NCBI GenBank assembly: GCA_036867785.1
Contig: CP145416.1
Span: forward strand, 1,178,001-1,242,000
From: Plasmodiophora brassicae
Taxonomy: Eukaryota
DNA length: 64,000 nucleotides
Reading direction: 5' to 3'
This document shows positions 60,104 to 64,000 of this stretch, one piece after another. The notes beneath the pieces were generated by a model that searched no databases, was not told the DNA's origin, and saw only the letters and a list, made by a program, of their open reading frames with translations. The first letter of the stretch is position 1; every line of letters starts with the position of its first letter. A program made the position numbers and the translations under genes.

Positions 60104-60903
60104 ATGAAGGCAGTGTCGTTCGCGATCATCGTCGTTGCTGTCGTCGTATCCGCTGCGGCCGGCGGCCTGGTTGGCGGCGGGGCGGGAGGCGGCGCCTATG
60201 GGACCGCCGGTGGCGCCGCCAACGGAGGCGCCATGAACCGAGCGTCCACGGTGGAGGCGGGTGCCCACCATGCCGCCGCCGAAGCCGCCAGGCAGGCGGC
60301 TGCCAAGAAAGCGGCCAAGGCGGCGGCCGCGGCCGCCATGCATAAGTCGTTCGCGAACAAGGCGGCGGCGTCTGCCGCGGCGAACCAGGCGACCGCCAAG
60401 AAGGCCAGCGCGGTCAACGCGGCCGCCCACAAGAACCAGCGCGCGGCGCAGGCGGCCGTGCACCAGGTCAGCGCCCGCGCTACGATGTCGGTCTGATGCC
60501 TGAGTTCGCTGTGCAGGCTGATTTCAAGCGCGTCAAGACGCTGAACGTGCTGGCGAAGCACGCGACCGATGTGACCGAAAGCAGCGTCAACGACGCGTCG
60601 ACGGCGAAGGCGGTGAGCCAGGCGTCAGAGAAGAAGGCGGCAGCGTCGCAGTCGGCGGCGTCGCAAGCGGCCGCTGCCAGGAAGGCGGCCAAGGCGAACG
60701 CGGCGAACGTCGGGGCCCGCCAGGCGAATTACAATGCGGCGACGCAGGCCGCCAACGTGAACTCGCTAGCGACCAAGAATGCGAACGCTGCCAAGAAGGC
60801 GGGCGCGGCCAACACGGGCGCGTTCAAGAAGGGCACACTGTTCCACAAGGCGAACAAGCTGGGCGGCGGTTACGGCGGGTACCGCAGCGGCCCGTTCTAC
60901 TGA
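60104..60903 (+). CDS. Secreted Ala/Lys/Asn-rich protein with Gly-rich ends, one intron (~60467-60516)
   Basis: Signal peptide MKAVSFAIIVVAVVVSAAA; AAAKKAAKAAAA helices; ends GGGYGGYRSGPFY. Confidence 0.8.
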
Positions 60904-61117
60904 GCGGGCGACGATGGACGCGTCCCGGGAGGATACACCCAGCAGGCCGTTGTGTGTGTGCGCCTGTGGCGCTCATTTGCTGACATGACTTATAAACCAT
61001 CAGCCTCGATTAGTAGCAGCGCACTGCGAACCGTCACTATCTTGCGTCGGTTTCACGCGACTGTGATGGTCGTGGTGGCTGCGCGAATCGCCACGGGCGG
61101 GCAGCCACCGTTCGCGT

Positions 61118-62050
61118 ATGAAGGCGACGGATACGCAACGTGGCCCGCTGGGCGAAATTGGCCTGGCGGCAGCGGCGGCATGCTCGGCGACGCTGTTCTC
61201 GAACCCGCTGGAGGTCGTGAAGACGCGCATGCAGCTGCAGGGCGAGCTGTCCAGGTCGGCCGCCGCCAGCCTGTACCGGACGCCCTGGCAGGCCGTGCGA
61301 ACAATCATCGCTACGGAAGGCGCCACGTCGCTGCAGAAGGGCCTCGCACCGGCCCTGCTGTACACCGCCGTCATGAACGGCCTGCGTCTGGGCCTGTACG
61401 CCCCAGTGAAATCAATGCTGGCGAACGGTAATGACGACGGCGCCGTCGCATTCGTCAAGAGCATGGCGGCGGGTGCTGCGTCTGGCGTGGCCGGCGCTGG
61501 CCTAGCCAGCCCGGCGTTCCTGATCAAGGTCCGTCTGCAGATGCAGGGCAGCGCTGGCGCAGGGTCCACCATCGGGTACCAGCACAACTACGGGGGCGTG
61601 CTGGACGCAGCGACGAAGATCGTGCGCGCGGACGGCATCGCTGGCCTATGGGCGGGCAGCCGCAGCCAGATGCTCCGCGTCGCCGTTGGCAGCGCCGTCC
61701 AATTGCCATCATACGACGCGTTCAAAGCGATACTGCTGATGGTGCCCGGCGTGCCTAACGGCACGGTGACGCACCTGATCGCGTCCACCGGCGGCGGTCT
61801 CCTGGTGGCCGTCGCCATGAACCCGTTCGACCTGGTCACGTCACGCGTCATGAACCAGCCGACGGTGAACGGCAAAGGCGCGCTCTACGACGGTATCGTC
61901 GACTGCATGCTGAAGACGGCTCGCAGCGAGGGCCTGTTGGCCTTGTTCAAAGGCCTGCCGGCGCACGCGATGCGGGTCGCCCCGCACACCATCCTCACGT
62001 TCGTGTTCTGGGAGCACTACAAACGATTAGCCGCATCCAGAGGCTATTGA
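61118..62050 (+). CDS. Mitochondrial carrier, oxaloacetate carrier (OAC1 / SLC25A34-35)-like
   Basis: NPLEVVKTRMQLQGEL, LQKGLAPALLY..MNGLRLG, RVAVGSAVQL, PFDLVTSRVMNQP, APHTILTFVFWE. Confidence 0.92.
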   Translation: MKATDTQRGPLGEIGLAAAAACSATLFSNPLEVVKTRMQLQGELSRSAAASLYRTPWQAVRTIIATEGATSLQKGLAPALLYTAVMNGLRLGLYAPVKSMLANGNDDGAVAFVKSMAAGAASGVAGAGLASPAFLIKVRLQMQGSAGAGSTIGYQHNYGGVLDAATKIVRADGIAGLWAGSRSQMLRVAVGSAVQLPSYDAFKAILLMVPGVPNGTVTHLIASTGGGLLVAVAMNPFDLVTSRVMNQPTVNGKGALYDGIVDCMLKTARSEGLLALFKGLPAHAMRVAPHTILTFVFWEHYKRLAASRGY

Positions 62051-62089
62051 CCGCCTTGGTCCGCGCCTGCGTTTATTAGGGCGCCCGCC

Positions 62090-62725
62090 TCATATCGGCG
62101 GGTGCACTGGTTCACTGGCGACCTGGCACGGGTGCTCACCCCGGGCGATGAGGTTGATGTCGCCTAAAGGCATTCGGAACCCGATGCCGGCCAGGCGGGC
62201 GACGGCGGCCAGGACGACGCATTCGACGATGGCGCCACCGACGCCGAAGAACGTCGTCGATATGCCCCCTGGCATCGACGTCATCCACCACAGGTGGAGG
62301 CCGGAATTGACCACCTGCGTCCACTCGGTTACGAACACAGGGGAGGCGATTCGTAGAGCGACCTCGTCCCACCAGATAGCAGCAGTAGACGAGCAGGAGG
62401 CGCCAGCTGAGGAACTTGACGCCCAGGTAGCCCAGCACGGGTAGGATGGCGACGACCATGCCGAGGATGGCGAAGTTCATCGACAGGACGTTCGAGTTGA
62501 TGATGATGATGATGGTGACCCAGGTCAGCAGCCCGTCTGCGACGACCAGCCAGGTCGTCGCACGCCTCACGTCAACGCATTCCTGCGCTCGATCGTAGGC
62601 CTCGCTCTACAAACTCCACGCTTCAGTTGCGGTTCGGCCGGCGCCGGCCAACGGCTCCCTACCGCAGGCGTTCGCTCCTTCTTGATCACTGGAGGCGCTT
62701 CGTCCGCCTCGGCCTGGGCTCCCAT
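62090..62725 (-). CDS. 4-TM protein of the Ubl-TM family without Ubl domain, paralog E
   Basis: LVVADGLLTW..LPVLGYLGVKFLSWRLLLVY..VLAAVARL..DINLIARGEH; start MGAQA at 62725 inferred. Confidence 0.7.
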
Positions 62726-62918
62726 GTTCGCGCGCTACGTGTCACTTGTACGACGCGAGCCGGTCGCGCGTGCGCCGCCGTGTCATCTGATCGGGCGCGC
62801 GCCTGATCGATCATATCCCTCGGAACCGTTGACAGTGTGTGTGAGCGGTTGGATGGGTGGGCGTGTATTTCGACTGCGATAGATGACTGATGACCGGACA
62901 ATCGTTCGTGGTTCCGGG

Positions 62919-64000
62919 TCAGGCGTGTCCGTCGTTGGCACCCTGCAGGAACTCGCCGCGCGTCGTCCCTGGAGACACCCGCGTTCACGTCTGGCGAACG
63001 ACGGACAGCGAACGCATCGCGTACCGAGGTGGATGACACGACAGCCAGCGGCGCAAACCGGATCCATGGAACGCCCGACAACGATCGCGTCGTCGTCGGC
63101 GATGAACGTCTTGACGAGGCTGCCGTACAGGTCGCGAAGTTCGGCGACGACCTCGCCCTTGCTGACCCAGGTATTCACTTGCGGGCGGACCGTCAGGAAC
63201 CCGCCCTTGTCGCTGAAGATCCAGAACGACCTCTTGCAGACTACAGCACGGAACACACGTCAGCAGCGGTCGTTCATCCCCACAAGCGTAGTGTTCGATT
63301 GGCATTGACCTGTGACGCCCTTCCTGTGGCGCACGACAGCGGCCTTGTCACCGATCATGCGGAAGGCCGTTAAGACGTTCCAGATGCCGTCAACGGCCTC
63401 GCCCACCATCTGACTGTTGATTCGCGACGGATCGCCGATCTCGACGACCACCGTCGGGATGCCCTTCGCCGTCGCCGCCGCACGTAGTGACCCCTAGACG
63501 ACAGGCGCCGCTCAGGTCCAGCACAGGCAACCGAATTGACCCATCACCGACGGTTGCAGGCGTGCTGTGCACGATGATCTGGGCGGTCTGCAATTCGGCC
63601 AGGCTGCGACAGGCGTCATTGGTCATGTCAACGCGAACGTAGAGCGAGTTCGCATTGCCGACGCTGGCCGTGTGCAGATCAATGGCCACATCCGCCTTCG
63701 ACACGATCTTCTCGAAGACGACCCGAGCGTACGACTTGGAGCTGTCGCCGCCCGTCTTCCCAGGGAACAGCCGGTTCAGATCGCGCCCATCGAGGAACCC
63801 GCGCTGGTGCCGATTGTAACCTGCGGCAGAGCAAGCGTGTCACTCGATCTCGACGTCTCCCCGTATGGGCGATCACGTGGTTTACCCTCCATGTTCGCAA
63901 CGGGAACGGTCACGACCGTACCGCGCAGCGTCTCGACGTTCAGTGTCTGGAGGACGCGGAAGATGAGCGGGACGCCGTTGAGTTCGTTGCCATGAACGGC
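62919..64000 (-). CDS. Succinylglutamate desuccinylase/aspartoacylase (M14-like) family protein, 5' truncated by window
   Basis: VHGNELNGV, VPVAN, DLNRLFPG, AIDLHT, VVEIGD, C-terminal lipoyl-like SDKGG..VSKGEVVA. Confidence 0.85.

Noticed and set aside
47346-60345. Many long Arg/Pro/Ala-rich overlapping ORFs
   Set aside because: Expected off-frame or antisense ORFs in very GC-rich coding DNA.

Overview
Gene-dense eukaryotic DNA, GC-rich with short (~40-60 nt) GT-AG introns and short intergenic spacers. The gene content (AP-4 beta adaptin, DRC8, SPAG1, NEDD1, SZT2) indicates a flagellated protist. The style fits a phytomyxid such as Plasmodiophora brassicae, but that is my inference, not a database result. 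About 30 genes are recognisable or plausible; exon boundaries were read by eye, so multi-exon spans are approximate. Highlights: (1) a degraded island at 15.0-19.1 kb with four consecutive fold-back inverted repeats, the largest a 1.16-kb hairpin of a dead transposase-like gene that resembles a 'killer' silencing locus; (2) a five-member family of 4-TM proteins with or without an N-terminal ubiquitin-like domain; (3) a voltage-sensing-phosphatase-like gene with a Cys->Ser active site and an Arg-poor S4; (4) an intronless intradiol dioxygenase lacking one Tyr iron ligand; (5) a prokaryote-type EVE protein; (6) a minimal fungal-type Zn2Cys6 protein; (7) two secreted Ala-rich proteins sharing a short central motif. 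No rRNA, tRNA or CRISPR array was seen.
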